Assembly (NCBI RefSeq): GCF_003334355.1
Contig: NZ_QOWP01000037.1
Strand: one strand, 5' to 3'
DNA from: Escherichia coli
GTDB lineage: Bacteria; Pseudomonadota; Gammaproteobacteria; Enterobacterales; Enterobacteriaceae
Length of the DNA: 31,776 bases
Below, piece after piece: positions 18,994 to 29,678 of the stretch. The notes under the pieces are model-generated. The model made no database searches and was not told the origin of the DNA. It saw nothing but the letters and a program-made list of their open reading frames with translations. The position numbers and the translations under genes are program-made. Within the stretch, counting starts at the first letter, position 1, and every line of letters starts with the position of its first letter.

Positions 18994-21900
18994 GTGAAGT
19001 TTTTTGCCCTCTTCATTTACCGTCCGGTGGCGACGATTTTACTGTCGGTTGCCATTACCCTGTGCGGCATACTGGGCTTCCGTATGCTGCCGGTCGCCCC
19101 GCTGCCGCAGGTCGATTTTCCGGTGATTATGGTCAGCGCCTCGCTGCCCGGTGCGTCACCAGAAACAATGGCGTCTTCCGTTGCCACGCCGCTGGAGCGC
19201 TCACTTGGGCGCATTGCCGGAGTCAGTGAAATGACCTCCAGCAGTTCGCTCGGCAGCACGCGTATTATTTTGCAGTTTGATTTTGACCGGGATATCAACG
19301 GCGCAGCGCGTGATGTGCAGGCGGCGATCAACGCTGCACAAAGTTTGCTGCCCAGTGGGATGCCCAGCCGCCCGACCTATCGCAAAGCGAACCCGTCGGA
19401 TGCGCCAATTATGATCCTCACGCTGACGTCCGATACTTATTCGCAGGGTGAACTGTACGATTTCGCCTCGACGCAGCTGGCTCCGACGATTTCGCAAATC
19501 GACGGTGTTGGTGATGTCGATGTCGGAGGCAGCTCACTGCCCGCCGTACGCGTCGGGCTGAATCCGCAGGCGCTGTTTAATCAGGGCGTGTCGCTGGACG
19601 ACGTACGCACCGCCGTCAGCAATGCCAACGTGCGTAAACCGCAGGGCGCGCTGGAAGATGGCACTCACCGCTGGCAGATCCAGACCAATGATGAGCTAAA
19701 AACCGCCGCTGAATATCAGCCGTTGATTATTCACTACAACAACGGCGGCGCGGTTCGTCTGGGCGATGTGGCGACGGTGACCGACTCAGTGCAGGATGTG
19801 CGCAACGCCGGGATGACCAACGCCAAACCGGCTATTTTACTGATGATCCGCAAACTGCCGGAAGCCAATATTATCCAGACGGTTGACAGCATCCGGGCAA
19901 AATTACCGGAGTTGCAGGAAACCATTCCGGCGGCGATTGATCTGCAAATTGCCCAGGATCGCTCCCCCACCATTCGCGCCTCGCTGGAAGAAGTCGAGCA
20001 AACGCTGATTATCTCGGTGGCGCTGGTGATTCTGGTGGTGTTTTTATTCCTGCGCTCGGGTCGCGCCACTATTATTCCCGCCGTTTCGGTGCCGGTTTCG
20101 CTGATTGGTACGTTTGCGGCGATGTACCTGTGCGGATTCAGTCTCAATAACCTTTCGTTAATGGCGCTCACCATCGCTACTGGTTTCGTGGTGGATGACG
20201 CCATCGTGGTGCTGGAAAACATTGCACGTCATCTGGAAGCGGGAATGAAACCGTTGCAAGCCGCACTGCAAGGTACTCGCGAAGTCGGTTTTACGGTGCT
20301 GTCGATGAGTCTGTCACTGGTGGCGGTGTTCCTGCCGCTGCTGTTGATGGGCGGATTGCCGGGCCGACTGTTACGCGAATTTGCCGTGACGCTTTCTGTC
20401 GCCATTGGTATATCGTTGCTGGTTTCTCTGACATTAACGCCAATGATGTGTGGCTGGATGCTGAAAGCCAGCAAGCCGCGCGAGCAAAAGCGACTGCGTG
20501 GTTTTGGTCGCATGTTGGTAGCCCTGCAACAAGGCTACGGCAAGTCACTGAAATGGGTGCTCAATCATACCCGTCTGGTGGGCGTGGTGCTGCTTGGCAC
20601 CATTGCGCTGAATATCTGGCTGTATATCTCGATCCCGAAAACCTTCTTCCCGGAGCAGGACACTGGCGTGTTGATGGGCGGGATTCAGGCGGATCAGAGT
20701 ATTTCGTTTCAGGCGATGCGCGGTAAGTTGCAGGATTTCATGAAAATTATCCGTGACGATCCGGCAGTGGATAATGTCACCGGCTTTACAGGCGGTTCGC
20801 GAGTGAACAGCGGGATGATGTTTATCACCCTCAAGCCACGCGACGAACGCAGCGAAACGGCGCAGCAAATTATCGACCGTCTGCGCGTAAAACTGGCGAA
20901 AGAACCGGGGGCGAATCTGTTCCTGATGGCGGTACAGGATATTCGCGTTGGTGGGCGTCAGTCGAACGCCAGCTACCAGTACACGTTGTTATCCGACGAC
21001 CTGGCGGCACTGCGAGAATGGGAGCCGAAAATCCGCAAAAAACTGGCGACGTTGCCGGAACTGGCGGACGTGAACTCCGATCAGCAGGATAACGGCGCGG
21101 AGATGAATCTGGTTTACGACCGCGACACCATGGCACGGCTGGGAATCGACGTACAAGCCGCCAACAGTCTGTTAAATAACGCCTTCGGTCAGCGGCAAAT
21201 CTCGACCATTTACCAGCCGATGAACCAGTATAAAGTGGTGATGGAAGTGGATCCGCGCTATACCCAGGACATCAGTGCGCTGGAAAAAATGTTCGTTATC
21301 AATAACGAAGGCAAAGCGATCCCGCTGTCGTATTTCGCTAAATGGCAACCGGCGAATGCCCCACTATCGGTGAATCATCAGGGATTATCGGCGGCCTCGA
21401 CCATTTCGTTTAACCTGCCGACCGGAAAATCGCTCTCGGACGCCAGTGCGGCGATCGATCGCGCAATGACCCAGCTTGGTGTGCCTTCGACGGTGCGCGG
21501 CAGTTTTGCCGGCACGGCGCAGGTGTTCCAGGAGACGATGAACTCGCAGGTGATCCTGATTATCGCCGCCATCGCCACGGTGTATATCGTGCTGGGTATC
21601 CTTTACGAGAGTTACGTACATCCGCTGACGATTCTCTCCACCCTGCCCTCGGCGGGCGTTGGAGCGCTGTTGGCGCTGGAGCTGTTCAATGCCCCGTTCA
21701 GCCTAATCGCCCTGATAGGGATCATGCTATTAATCGGCATCGTGAAGAAAAACGCCATTATGATGGTCGATTTTGCGCTTGAAGCCCAACGGCACGGTAA
21801 CCTGACGCCGCAGGAAGCTATTTTCCAGGCCTGTCTGCTGCGTTTTCGCCCGATTATGATGACTACCCTGGCGGCGCTGTTTGGTGCGCTGCCGCTGGTA

Positions 21901-22071
21901 TTGTCGGGCGGCGACGGCTCGGAGCTGCGGCAACCCCTGGGGATCACCATTGTCGGCGGACTGGTAATGAGCCAGCTCCTTACGCTGTATACCACGCCGG
22001 TGGTGTATCTCTTTTTCGACCGTCTGCGGCTGCGTTTTTCGCGTAAACCTAAACAAACGGTAACCGAGTAA
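18994..22071 (+). CDS. mdtC: RND multidrug efflux transporter subunit MdtC
   Basis: 1025-aa ORF with a GTG start, paralogous to MdtB; begins 1 nt after the mdtB stop. Confidence 0.9.
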   Translation: MKFFALFIYRPVATILLSVAITLCGILGFRMLPVAPLPQVDFPVIMVSASLPGASPETMASSVATPLERSLGRIAGVSEMTSSSSLGSTRIILQFDFDRDINGAARDVQAAINAAQSLLPSGMPSRPTYRKANPSDAPIMILTLTSDTYSQGELYDFASTQLAPTISQIDGVGDVDVGGSSLPAVRVGLNPQALFNQGVSLDDVRTAVSNANVRKPQGALEDGTHRWQIQTNDELKTAAEYQPLIIHYNNGGAVRLGDVATVTDSVQDVRNAGMTNAKPAILLMIRKLPEANIIQTVDSIRAKLPELQETIPAAIDLQIAQDRSPTIRASLEEVEQTLIISVALVILVVFLFLRSGRATIIPAVSVPVSLIGTFAAMYLCGFSLNNLSLMALTIATGFVVDDAIVVLENIARHLEAGMKPLQAALQGTREVGFTVLSMSLSLVAVFLPLLLMGGLPGRLLREFAVTLSVAIGISLLVSLTLTPMMCGWMLKASKPREQKRLRGFGRMLVALQQGYGKSLKWVLNHTRLVGVVLLGTIALNIWLYISIPKTFFPEQDTGVLMGGIQADQSISFQAMRGKLQDFMKIIRDDPAVDNVTGFTGGSRVNSGMMFITLKPRDERSETAQQIIDRLRVKLAKEPGANLFLMAVQDIRVGGRQSNASYQYTLLSDDLAALREWEPKIRKKLATLPELADVNSDQQDNGAEMNLVYDRDTMARLGIDVQAANSLLNNAFGQRQISTIYQPMNQYKVVMEVDPRYTQDISALEKMFVINNEGKAIPLSYFAKWQPANAPLSVNHQGLSAASTISFNLPTGKSLSDASAAIDRAMTQLGVPSTVRGSFAGTAQVFQETMNSQVILIIAAIATVYIVLGILYESYVHPLTILSTLPSAGVGALLALELFNAPFSLIALIGIMLLIGIVKKNAIMMVDFALEAQRHGNLTPQEAIFQACLLRFRPIMMTTLAALFGALPLVLSGGDGSELRQPLGITIVGGLVMSQLLTLYTTPVVYLFFDRLRLRFSRKPKQTVTE

Positions 22072-23487
22072 ATGACAGATCTTCCCGACAGCACCCGTTG
22101 GCAATTGTGGATTGTGGCTTTCGGCTTCTTTATGCAGTCGCTGGACACCACCATCGTAAACACCGCCCTTCCCTCAATGGCGCAAAGCCTCGGGGAAAGT
22201 CCGTTGCATATGCACATGGTCATTGTCTCTTATGTGCTGACCGTGGCGGTGATGCTGCCCGCCAGCGGCTGGCTGGCGGACAAAGTCGGCGTGCGCAATA
22301 TTTTCTTTACCGCCATCGTGCTGTTTACTCTCGGTTCACTGTTTTGCGCGCTTTCCGGCACGCTGAACGAACTGTTGCTGGCACGCGCGTTACAGGGCGT
22401 TGGCGGCGCGATGATGGTGCCGGTCGGCAGATTGACGGTGATGAAAATCGTACCGCGCGAGCAATATATGGCGGCGATGACCTTTGTCACGTTACCCGGT
22501 CAGGTCGGTCCGCTGCTCGGTCCGGCGCTCGGCGGTCTGCTGGTGGAGTACGCATCGTGGCACTGGATCTTTTTGATCAACATTCCGGTGGGGATTATCG
22601 GTGCGATCGCCACATTGCTGTTAATGCCGAACTACACCATGCAGACGCGGCGCTTTGATCTCTCCGGATTTTTATTGCTGGCGGTTGGCATGGCGGTATT
22701 AACCCTGGCGCTGGACGGCAGTAAAGGTACAGGTTTATCGCCGCTGACGATTGCAGGCCTGGTCGCAGTTGGCGTGGTGGCACTGGTGCTTTATCTGCTG
22801 CACGCCAGAAATAACAACCGTGCCCTGTTCAGTCTGAAACTGTTCCGTACTCGTACCTTTTCGCTGGGCCTGGCGGGGAGCTTTGCCGGACGTATTGGCA
22901 GTGGCATGTTGCCCTTTATGACACCGGTTTTCCTGCAAATTGGCCTCGGTTTCTCGCCGTTTCATGCCGGACTGATGATGATCCCGATGGTGCTTGGCAG
23001 CATGGGAATGAAGCGAATTGTGGTACAGGTGGTGAATCGCTTTGGTTATCGTCGGGTACTGGTAGCGACCACGCTGGGTCTGTCGCTGGTCACCCTGTTG
23101 TTTATGACTACCGCCCTGCTGGGCTGGTACTACGTTTTGCCGTTCGTCCTGTTTTTACAAGGGATGGTCAACTCGACGCGTTTCTCCTCCATGAACACCC
23201 TGACGCTGAAAGATCTCCCGGACAATCTGGCGAGCAGCGGCAACAGCCTGCTGTCGATGATTATGCAATTGTCGATGAGTATCGGCGTCACTATCGCCGG
23301 GCTGTTGCTGGGACTTTTTGGTTCACAGCATGTCAGCGTCGACAGCGGCACCACACAAACCGTCTTTATGTACACCTGGCTTAGCATGGCGTTGATCATC
23401 GCCCTTCCGGCGTTCATCTTTGCCAGAGTGCCGAACGATACGCATCAAAATGTAGCTATTTCGCGGCGAAAAAGGAGCGCGCAATGA
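22072..23487 (+). CDS. mdtD: MFS transporter MdtD
   Basis: 471-aa ORF, a multi-TM major-facilitator-type protein; begins 1 nt after the mdtC stop. Confidence 0.9.
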   Translation: MTDLPDSTRWQLWIVAFGFFMQSLDTTIVNTALPSMAQSLGESPLHMHMVIVSYVLTVAVMLPASGWLADKVGVRNIFFTAIVLFTLGSLFCALSGTLNELLLARALQGVGGAMMVPVGRLTVMKIVPREQYMAAMTFVTLPGQVGPLLGPALGGLLVEYASWHWIFLINIPVGIIGAIATLLLMPNYTMQTRRFDLSGFLLLAVGMAVLTLALDGSKGTGLSPLTIAGLVAVGVVALVLYLLHARNNNRALFSLKLFRTRTFSLGLAGSFAGRIGSGMLPFMTPVFLQIGLGFSPFHAGLMMIPMVLGSMGMKRIVVQVVNRFGYRRVLVATTLGLSLVTLLFMTTALLGWYYVLPFVLFLQGMVNSTRFSSMNTLTLKDLPDNLASSGNSLLSMIMQLSMSIGVTIAGLLLGLFGSQHVSVDSGTTQTVFMYTWLSMALIIALPAFIFARVPNDTHQNVAISRRKRSAQ

Positions 23488-24887
23488 AGTTCTGGCGACC
23501 CGGTATTACCGGCAAACTGTTTCTGGCGATTTTCGCCACCTGCATTGTCTTGCTGATCAGTATGCACTGGGCGGTGCGTATCAGTTTTGAGCGTGGCTTT
23601 ATTGATTACATCAAGCATGGTAATGAACAGCGATTACAACTGTTAAGTGATGCGCTTGGCGAGCAGTATGCGCAGCATGGCAACTGGCGCTTCCTGCGCA
23701 ACAATGATCGCTTTGTCTTTCAGATCCTGCGTTCATTTGAACACGATAATTCGGAAGATAAACCCGGCCCGGGTATGCCACCGCACGGCTGGCGTACCCA
23801 GTTCTGGGTGGTTGATCAAAACAACAAAGTGCTGGTTGGTCCGCGAGCGCCGATTCCACCTGACGGTACACGGCGACCCATTCTGGTCAACGGTGCGGAA
23901 GTTGGCGCGGTGATCGCCTCCCCCGTTGAGCGGTTAACGCGCAATACTGATATCAATTTCGATAAACAACAGCGGCAAACCAGCTGGTTGATTGTCGCCC
24001 TGGCAACGTTACTCGCGGCACTTGCCACTTTTCTGCTGGCGCGCGGTTTACTGGCACCGGTAAAACGACTTGTCGATGGCACGCACAAACTGGCGGCGGG
24101 CGATTTCACTACCCGCGTAACGCCCACCAGTGAAGATGAACTGGGCAAACTGGCGCAAGACTTCAACCAGCTTGCCAGCACACTGGAGAAAAACCAGCAA
24201 ATGCGGCGCGATTTTATGGCCGATATTTCTCACGAACTGCGTACGCCATTAGCGGTGCTGCGCGGTGAACTGGAAGCCATTCAGGATGGCGTGCGTAAAT
24301 TCACGCCGGAGACGGTGGCGTCTTTACAGGCGGAGGTCGGTACACTGACCAAACTGGTTGACGATCTCCATCAGTTGTCGATGTCTGATGAAGGCGCTCT
24401 CGCCTATCAAAAAGCACCGGTAGATTTGATCCCACTGCTGGAAGTGGCGGGCGGCGCATTTCGCGAACGATTCGCCAGTCGTGGCCTGAAACTGCAATTT
24501 TCCCTGCCAGACAGTATTACCGTATTTGGCGATCGCGACCGTTTAATGCAGTTATTCAATAACTTACTGGAAAACAGCCTGCGCTACACTGACAGCGGCG
24601 GCAGCCTGCAAATCTCTGCCGGGCAGCGCGACAAAACGGTGCGCCTGACCTTTGCCGACAGTGCGCCAGGTGTCAGTGACGATCAGCTACAAAAATTGTT
24701 TGAACGTTTTTATCGCACCGAAGGTTCCCGCAACCGTGCCAGCGGCGGTTCCGGGCTGGGGCTGGCGATTTGCCTGAACATTGTTGAAGCACATAATGGT
24801 CGCATTATTGCTGCCCATTCGCCTTTTGGCGGGGTAAGCATTACAGTAGAGTTACCGCTGGAACGGGATTTACAGAGAGAAGTATGA
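23484..24887 (+). CDS. baeS: envelope-stress sensor histidine kinase BaeS
   Basis: 467-aa ORF with two N-terminal TM segments, H-box [11 protein letters not shown], and G-box GGSGLGLAI; overlaps mdtD by 4 nt. Confidence 0.9.
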
Positions 24888-25606
24888 CCGAGTTACCAAT
24901 CGACGAAAACACACCGCGTATTTTGATCGTGGAAGATGAACCGAAGCTGGGGCAGTTGCTCATTGATTATCTGCGTGCTGCGAGCTATGCGCCGACGCTT
25001 ATCAGCCACGGCGATCAGGTACTGCCGTATGTGCGCCAGACACCACCGGATCTGATCCTGTTAGATCTGATGCTCCCTGGCACCGATGGCCTGACGCTGT
25101 GCCGGGAAATTCGTCGTTTTTCTGACATTCCGATCGTGATGGTGACGGCAAAAATCGAAGAGATCGATCGCCTGCTGGGGCTGGAGATTGGCGCAGATGA
25201 TTATATCTGTAAGCCGTACAGCCCACGGGAAGTGGTAGCGCGCGTCAAAACCATTTTGCGCCGTTGCAAACCGCAGCGCGAGTTGCAGCAACAGGATGCT
25301 GAAAGCCCGTTGATTATCGACGAAGGTCGTTTTCAGGCTTCATGGCGCGGTAAAATGCTTGACCTGACGCCTGCGGAATTTCGTCTGCTGAAAACGCTCT
25401 CTCACGAACCAGGAAAAGTGTTCTCCCGCGAGCAATTGCTCAATCATCTTTATGACGACTACCGCGTAGTAACCGACCGCACCATCGACAGCCACATTAA
25501 AAACCTGCGCCGCAAGCTGGAATCTCTCGACGCCGAACAGTCATTTATCCGCGCCGTTTATGGCGTCGGTTACCGCTGGGAAGCCGACGCCTGCCGCATC
25601 GTTTAG
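24884..25606 (+). CDS. baeR: OmpR-family response regulator BaeR
   Basis: 240-aa ORF with a receiver domain (ILIVEDE...[13 protein letters not shown]) and a winged-helix C-terminus; overlaps baeS by 4 nt. Confidence 0.9.
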
Positions 25607-25796
25607 TTTTAGCGACATTATTTTGTTAGCCGGAGATGGCGTTCAGACCAGATCCGGCAACATTATCCCACGCATGGTCAGCAAACTGACATTATCTCTC
25701 CGCCCTGGCAGGCATCAGAAAATCGCTCATACTTTAATCGGTAAACAGCACCTTTAGATGCTGTTTTCGATACACAATTTCAATCAAGGAGTCATT

Positions 25797-26129
25797 ATGG
25801 CTGGTTGGTTTGAACTCAGTAAGAGCAGTGATAATCAGTTCCGGTTTGTGCTAAAAGCGGGCAATGGTGAGACTATCCTCACCAGCGAGCTTTATACCTC
25901 AAAAGCCTCTGCGGAAAAGGGCATCGCGTCGGTGCGTAGCAACAGCCCGCAAGAAGAACGCTATGAGAAAAAAACGGCAAGTAACGGCAAATTCTATTTC
26001 AATCTGAAAGCCGCTAATCATCAAATTATCGGCTCCAGCCAGATGTACGCCACCGCGCAATCTCGTGAAACCGGAATTGCCTCCGTTAAAGCCAATGGCA
26101 CAAGCCAGACGGTGAAAGACAATACGTAA
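25797..26129 (+). CDS. yegP: YegP (UPF0339 / tandem DUF1508 repeats)
   Basis: Track ORF 25758..26129; the start at 25797 gives 110 aa (MAGWFELSKSS...) with an SD (aaggag) 7 nt upstream. Two internal repeats of ~50 aa are visible. Confidence 0.8.
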   Translation: MAGWFELSKSSDNQFRFVLKAGNGETILTSELYTSKASAEKGIASVRSNSPQEERYEKKTASNGKFYFNLKAANHQIIGSSQMYATAQSRETGIASVKANGTSQTVKDNT

Positions 26130-26275
26130 TTACGATGCCGGGCGTGGGTTGTTGGCGTCCGGCGCTTTACCAGATCCCCCCACAGCGCTACAATGCCCGC
26201 CCTTAAAGTGGGGGCACTCCCCTAACCGCTTCATCAGGTGAAGCGGATCTGACCTGTCATCAGAACGAGAGAATT

Positions 26276-27637
26276 ATGTTTAAACCGGAACTCCTTTCCC
26301 CGGCGGGAACGCTGAAAAATATGCGTTACGCTTTCGCTTATGGCGCAGATGCTGTTTATGCGGGCCAGCCACGTTACTCCCTGCGTGTGCGCAACAACGA
26401 ATTCAACCACGAAAATCTTCAGCTCGGCATCAATGAAGCCCACGCGCTGGGGAAAAAGTTTTATGTCGTGGTCAACATTGCACCGCACAACGCCAAGCTG
26501 AAAACCTTTATTCGTGACCTGAAACCGGTGGTGGAAATGGGGCCGGATGCGCTGATTATGTCCGATCCAGGGCTGATTATGCTGGTGCGTGAGCACTTCC
26601 CTGAAATGCCGATCCACCTCTCGGTGCAGGCTAACGCCGTAAACTGGGCGACGGTGAAATTCTGGCAGCAAATGGGCCTGACCCGCGTGATCCTCTCTCG
26701 CGAGCTGTCGCTGGAAGAGATTGAAGAGATCCGCAATCAGGTGCCGGATATGGAGATCGAGATCTTCGTTCACGGCGCACTGTGCATGGCCTACTCCGGT
26801 CGCTGCCTGCTCTCTGGCTATATCAACAAGCGCGATCCGAACCAGGGTACCTGCACCAACGCCTGCCGCTGGGAGTACAACGTCCAGGAAGGGAAAGAAG
26901 ATGACGTTGGCAACATCGTACACAAGTACGAGCCGATTCCGGTGCAAAATGTTGAGCCGACGCTGGGTATCGGCGCACCAACCGACAAAGTGTTTATGAT
27001 CGAAGAAGCCCAGCGTCCGGGCGAGTATATGACCGCGTTTGAAGATGAGCACGGCACTTACATCATGAACTCGAAAGATCTGCGCGCCATCGCCCATGTA
27101 GAACGCCTGACCAAAATGGGCGTGCATTCGCTGAAAATCGAAGGCCGTACCAAATCTTTCTACTATTGCGCACGCACCGCACAGGTTTACCGCAAAGCTA
27201 TCGATGATGCCGCTGCGGGCAAACCGTTCGATACCAGCCTGCTGGAAACTCTGGAAGGTCTGGCGCATCGTGGCTATACCGAAGGTTTCCTGCGTCGTCA
27301 TACTCACGACGATTATCAGAACTACGAATACGGTTATTCAGTTTCTGACCGCCAGCAGTTTGTTGGTGAGTTTACCGGTGAGCGCAAGGGGGACCTCGCA
27401 GCGGTAGCGGTGAAAAATAAATTCTCCGTTGGCGACAGCCTTGAGCTGATGACGCCGCAAGGCAACATTTACTTTACCCTTGAGCACATGGAAAACGCCA
27501 AAGGTGAAGCGATGCCGGTCGCACCAGGCGATGGTTATACTGTGTGGCTCCCGGTCCCGCAGGATCTTGAGCTAAATTACGCTCTCCTGATGCGTAATTT
27601 CTCTGGGGAAACCACGCGTAACCCCCACGGTAAGTGA
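26276..27637 (+). CDS. trhP: peptidase U32-family protein YegQ (TrhP, tRNA 5-hydroxyuridine synthesis)
   Basis: 453-aa ORF (MFKPELLSPAGTLKNMRYAFAYGADAVYAGQP...) matching the U32 family as I recall it. Confidence 0.85.
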   Translation: MFKPELLSPAGTLKNMRYAFAYGADAVYAGQPRYSLRVRNNEFNHENLQLGINEAHALGKKFYVVVNIAPHNAKLKTFIRDLKPVVEMGPDALIMSDPGLIMLVREHFPEMPIHLSVQANAVNWATVKFWQQMGLTRVILSRELSLEEIEEIRNQVPDMEIEIFVHGALCMAYSGRCLLSGYINKRDPNQGTCTNACRWEYNVQEGKEDDVGNIVHKYEPIPVQNVEPTLGIGAPTDKVFMIEEAQRPGEYMTAFEDEHGTYIMNSKDLRAIAHVERLTKMGVHSLKIEGRTKSFYYCARTAQVYRKAIDDAAAGKPFDTSLLETLEGLAHRGYTEGFLRRHTHDDYQNYEYGYSVSDRQQFVGEFTGERKGDLAAVAVKNKFSVGDSLELMTPQGNIYFTLEHMENAKGEAMPVAPGDGYTVWLPVPQDLELNYALLMRNFSGETTRNPHGK

Positions 27638-27671
27638 TTAATTTCGATTATTTTTCCCGGATGGAAAATTC

Positions 27672-27714
27672 TTAGAAACCGATCACATACAGCTGCATTT
27701 ATTAAGGTTATCAT
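27672..27714 (+). promoter_or_regulatory. cyaR promoter with CRP-like half-site (class II position)
   Basis: TCACA half-site at 27683-27687 with a degenerate upstream half, centred about 41 nt upstream of the sRNA 5' end; -10 tatcat at 27709-27714. Confidence 0.5.
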
Positions 27715-27721
27715 CCGTTTC

Positions 27722-27808
27722 GCTGAAAAACATAACCCATAAAATGCTAGCTGTACCAGGAACCACCTCCTTAGCCTGTGTAATCTCCCTTACACGGGCT
27801 TATTTTTT
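27722..27808 (+). ncRNA. cyaR: CyaR (RyeE) Hfq-dependent sRNA
   Basis: gctgaaaaacataacccataaaatgctagctgtaccaggaaccacctcctta...cttacacgggcttatttttt matches the CyaR sequence as I recall it, including the terminal hairpin plus U-tract. Confidence 0.85.
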
Positions 27809-27966
27809 ATGCATAAGCCCTATCTCTGGTCACCGTCTTCCATTGACCACATCGATAGAATCCTCCTTCATAGCACGATGCCTTTCACTTATCGGCATCG
27901 TGCTCCCACAGGTTCCGGCTACGCACAGCCAGAACGCGCATATTTGACGCTTACCAAAAAATATTC

Positions 27967-28284
27967 TCACTCTCCACATTTGAATGTCAGACGAGCGACG
28001 CCATGTAATCCTGCACCTTCTGTCTTCAGGTCAACTATCTGCATTTTTTTGCCCTGAGTAACACAGAAATGGGCTGCATCATTTTTTACTATATTTTCTG
28101 CACCAGATATTCTGCCCCTGGCTAAAGAAGCTTCGGCTTCGGTGTAGTATTGGTTATCGAGTTTACGCTGAATATTACTTTTATATGCAAGACCAAATTT
28201 ACCGATACTTGTCTCATCATTATGCACAGCACAACCAGACATAATAAAAATACTAATTAATGATATAGCAGCTATCTTTTTCAT
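27967..28284 (-). CDS. yegR: small lipoprotein YegR
   Basis: Track ORF over-extended to 28389; the start at 28284 gives 105 aa (MKKIAAISLISIFIMSGCAVHND...) with a lipobox (MSGC). The gene and its flanks are markedly AT-rich. Confidence 0.75.
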   Translation of the reverse strand: MKKIAAISLISIFIMSGCAVHNDETSIGKFGLAYKSNIQRKLDNQYYTEAEASLARGRISGAENIVKNDAAHFCVTQGKKMQIVDLKTEGAGLHGVARLTFKCGE

Positions 28285-28697
28285 CTCACCTTTCCCCATT
28301 AAATACCAACGACACTCTCTAGTGTTTAAATATAATAATGGCTGATTATTATATTTGAATAGGATTATAATAAATGTTCTGTACAACATTTCCTACATAA
28401 GTAGGAATTACAGACATGAAGGCCCTTTCCAGGTAACTCCATGGAGCTTTAATATATTTGGAATAGTATATTGAAGATGCCACTGTTTGGTTGAATATTA
28501 GGCATATGCTCTTTTTTGAAATTTATCGGTGGCTACCGTTAATATTCGCTGTTCCCATTGCAAGCTCCTGGTGGTAACCACTGAATCCTCCATACTTGAA
28601 CTGACTTTTTATCCTCCGACTTTCATCCTGTTCTGACTCCACCTTTTCTTTTCTGCTCTACACTATCTACAGACCAATCATAAAGGCACATACGATC

Positions 28698-29597
28698 ATG
28701 GCAGAATTTCCCGCCAGCTTACTGATTCTTAATGGCAAAAGTACTGACAATCTACCCTTGCGCGAAGCAATTATGCTGTTGCGTGAGGAAGGAATGACGA
28801 TCCATGTGCGGGTCACCTGGGAGAAAGGCGATGCCGCACGATATGTAGAGGAGGCCCGGAAGTTGGGCGTCGCAACGGTGATTGCCGGTGGTGGAGATGG
28901 CACCATTAATGAAGTTTCTACGGCGTTGATTCAGTGTGAGGGGGATGACATACCCGCGCTGGGAATTTTGCCATTAGGAACTGCCAATGATTTTGCCACC
29001 AGTGTAGGGATTCCTGAGGCACTGGATAAGGCGCTGAAACTGGCAATTGCCGGTAACGCCATTGCGATAGATATGGCGCAGGTCAACAAACAAACCTGTT
29101 TTATTAATATGGCGACAGGCGGATTTGGGACGCGTATTACCACAGAAACGCCGGAAAAATTAAAAGCCGCGCTGGGTGGCGTCTCTTACATCATTCATGG
29201 CTTAATGCGCATGGATACTCTGCAACCAGACCGTTGTGAAATCCGCGGTGAAAACTTTCACTGGCAAGGTGACGCCCTGGTCATTGGTATTGGTAACGGG
29301 CGTCAGGCCGGTGGCGGTCAGCAATTGTGTCCGAACGCGTTAATTAACGATGGCTTGCTGCAACTGCGCATTTTTACCGGCGATGAAATTCTTCCAGCTC
29401 TCGTATCAACCTTAAAATCTGACGAAGATAACCCGAATATTATCGAAGGCGCTTCGTCGTGGTTTGATATACAAGCCCCACACGAAATCACTTTTAATCT
29501 TGATGGCGAACCGTTGAGTGGGCAAAACTTCCATATTGAAATACTTCCGGCGGCGTTGCGTTGTCGATTACCACCAGATTGTCCATTATTGCGTTAA
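28698..29597 (+). CDS. yegS: lipid kinase YegS (DAG-kinase-like fold)
   Basis: 299-aa ORF with the GGDG motif ([13 protein letters not shown]). Confidence 0.9.
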   Translation: MAEFPASLLILNGKSTDNLPLREAIMLLREEGMTIHVRVTWEKGDAARYVEEARKLGVATVIAGGGDGTINEVSTALIQCEGDDIPALGILPLGTANDFATSVGIPEALDKALKLAIAGNAIAIDMAQVNKQTCFINMATGGFGTRITTETPEKLKAALGGVSYIIHGLMRMDTLQPDRCEIRGENFHWQGDALVIGIGNGRQAGGGQQLCPNALINDGLLQLRIFTGDEILPALVSTLKSDEDNPNIIEGASSWFDIQAPHEITFNLDGEPLSGQNFHIEILPAALRCRLPPDCPLLR

Positions 29598-29634
29598 TCA
29601 AACTATTCTCTCTTGAACCAGGGAGAATCCGTAA

Positions 29635-29670
29635 TGCCGGATGCGGTGTAAACACCTTATCCGGCATACA
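29635..29670. repeat. REP element
   Basis: tgccggatgcggtgtaaacaccttatccggcataca is a typical REP palindrome between the convergent yegS and gatR. Confidence 0.75.
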
Positions 29671-29678
29671 GAACAATA

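Noticed and set aside
19017-22223. Multiple 60-200-aa ORFs antisense to or out of frame within mdtC/mdtD (e.g. 21612..22223, 19734..20222)
   Set aside because: All are embedded in long, well-supported transporter genes and have Arg/Ser/Pro-rich compositions characteristic of spurious ORFs in GC-rich coding DNA.
25560-25757. 65-aa plus-strand ORF between baeR and yegP
   Set aside because: Overlaps the baeR 3' end out of frame and has no ribosome-binding site; the region is more plausibly the yegP promoter/leader.
26234-27307. 357-aa minus-strand ORF antisense to yegQ
   Set aside because: Lies entirely inside the well-supported yegQ frame, has a His/Arg/Phe-rich low-complexity composition typical of antisense translation of a GC-rich gene, and no recognisable motif or ribosome-binding context.
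28285-28389. Upstream extension of yegR to 140 aa
   Set aside because: The extension precedes the lipoprotein signal peptide, which must be N-terminal to function; start at MKKIAAISL is far more plausible.
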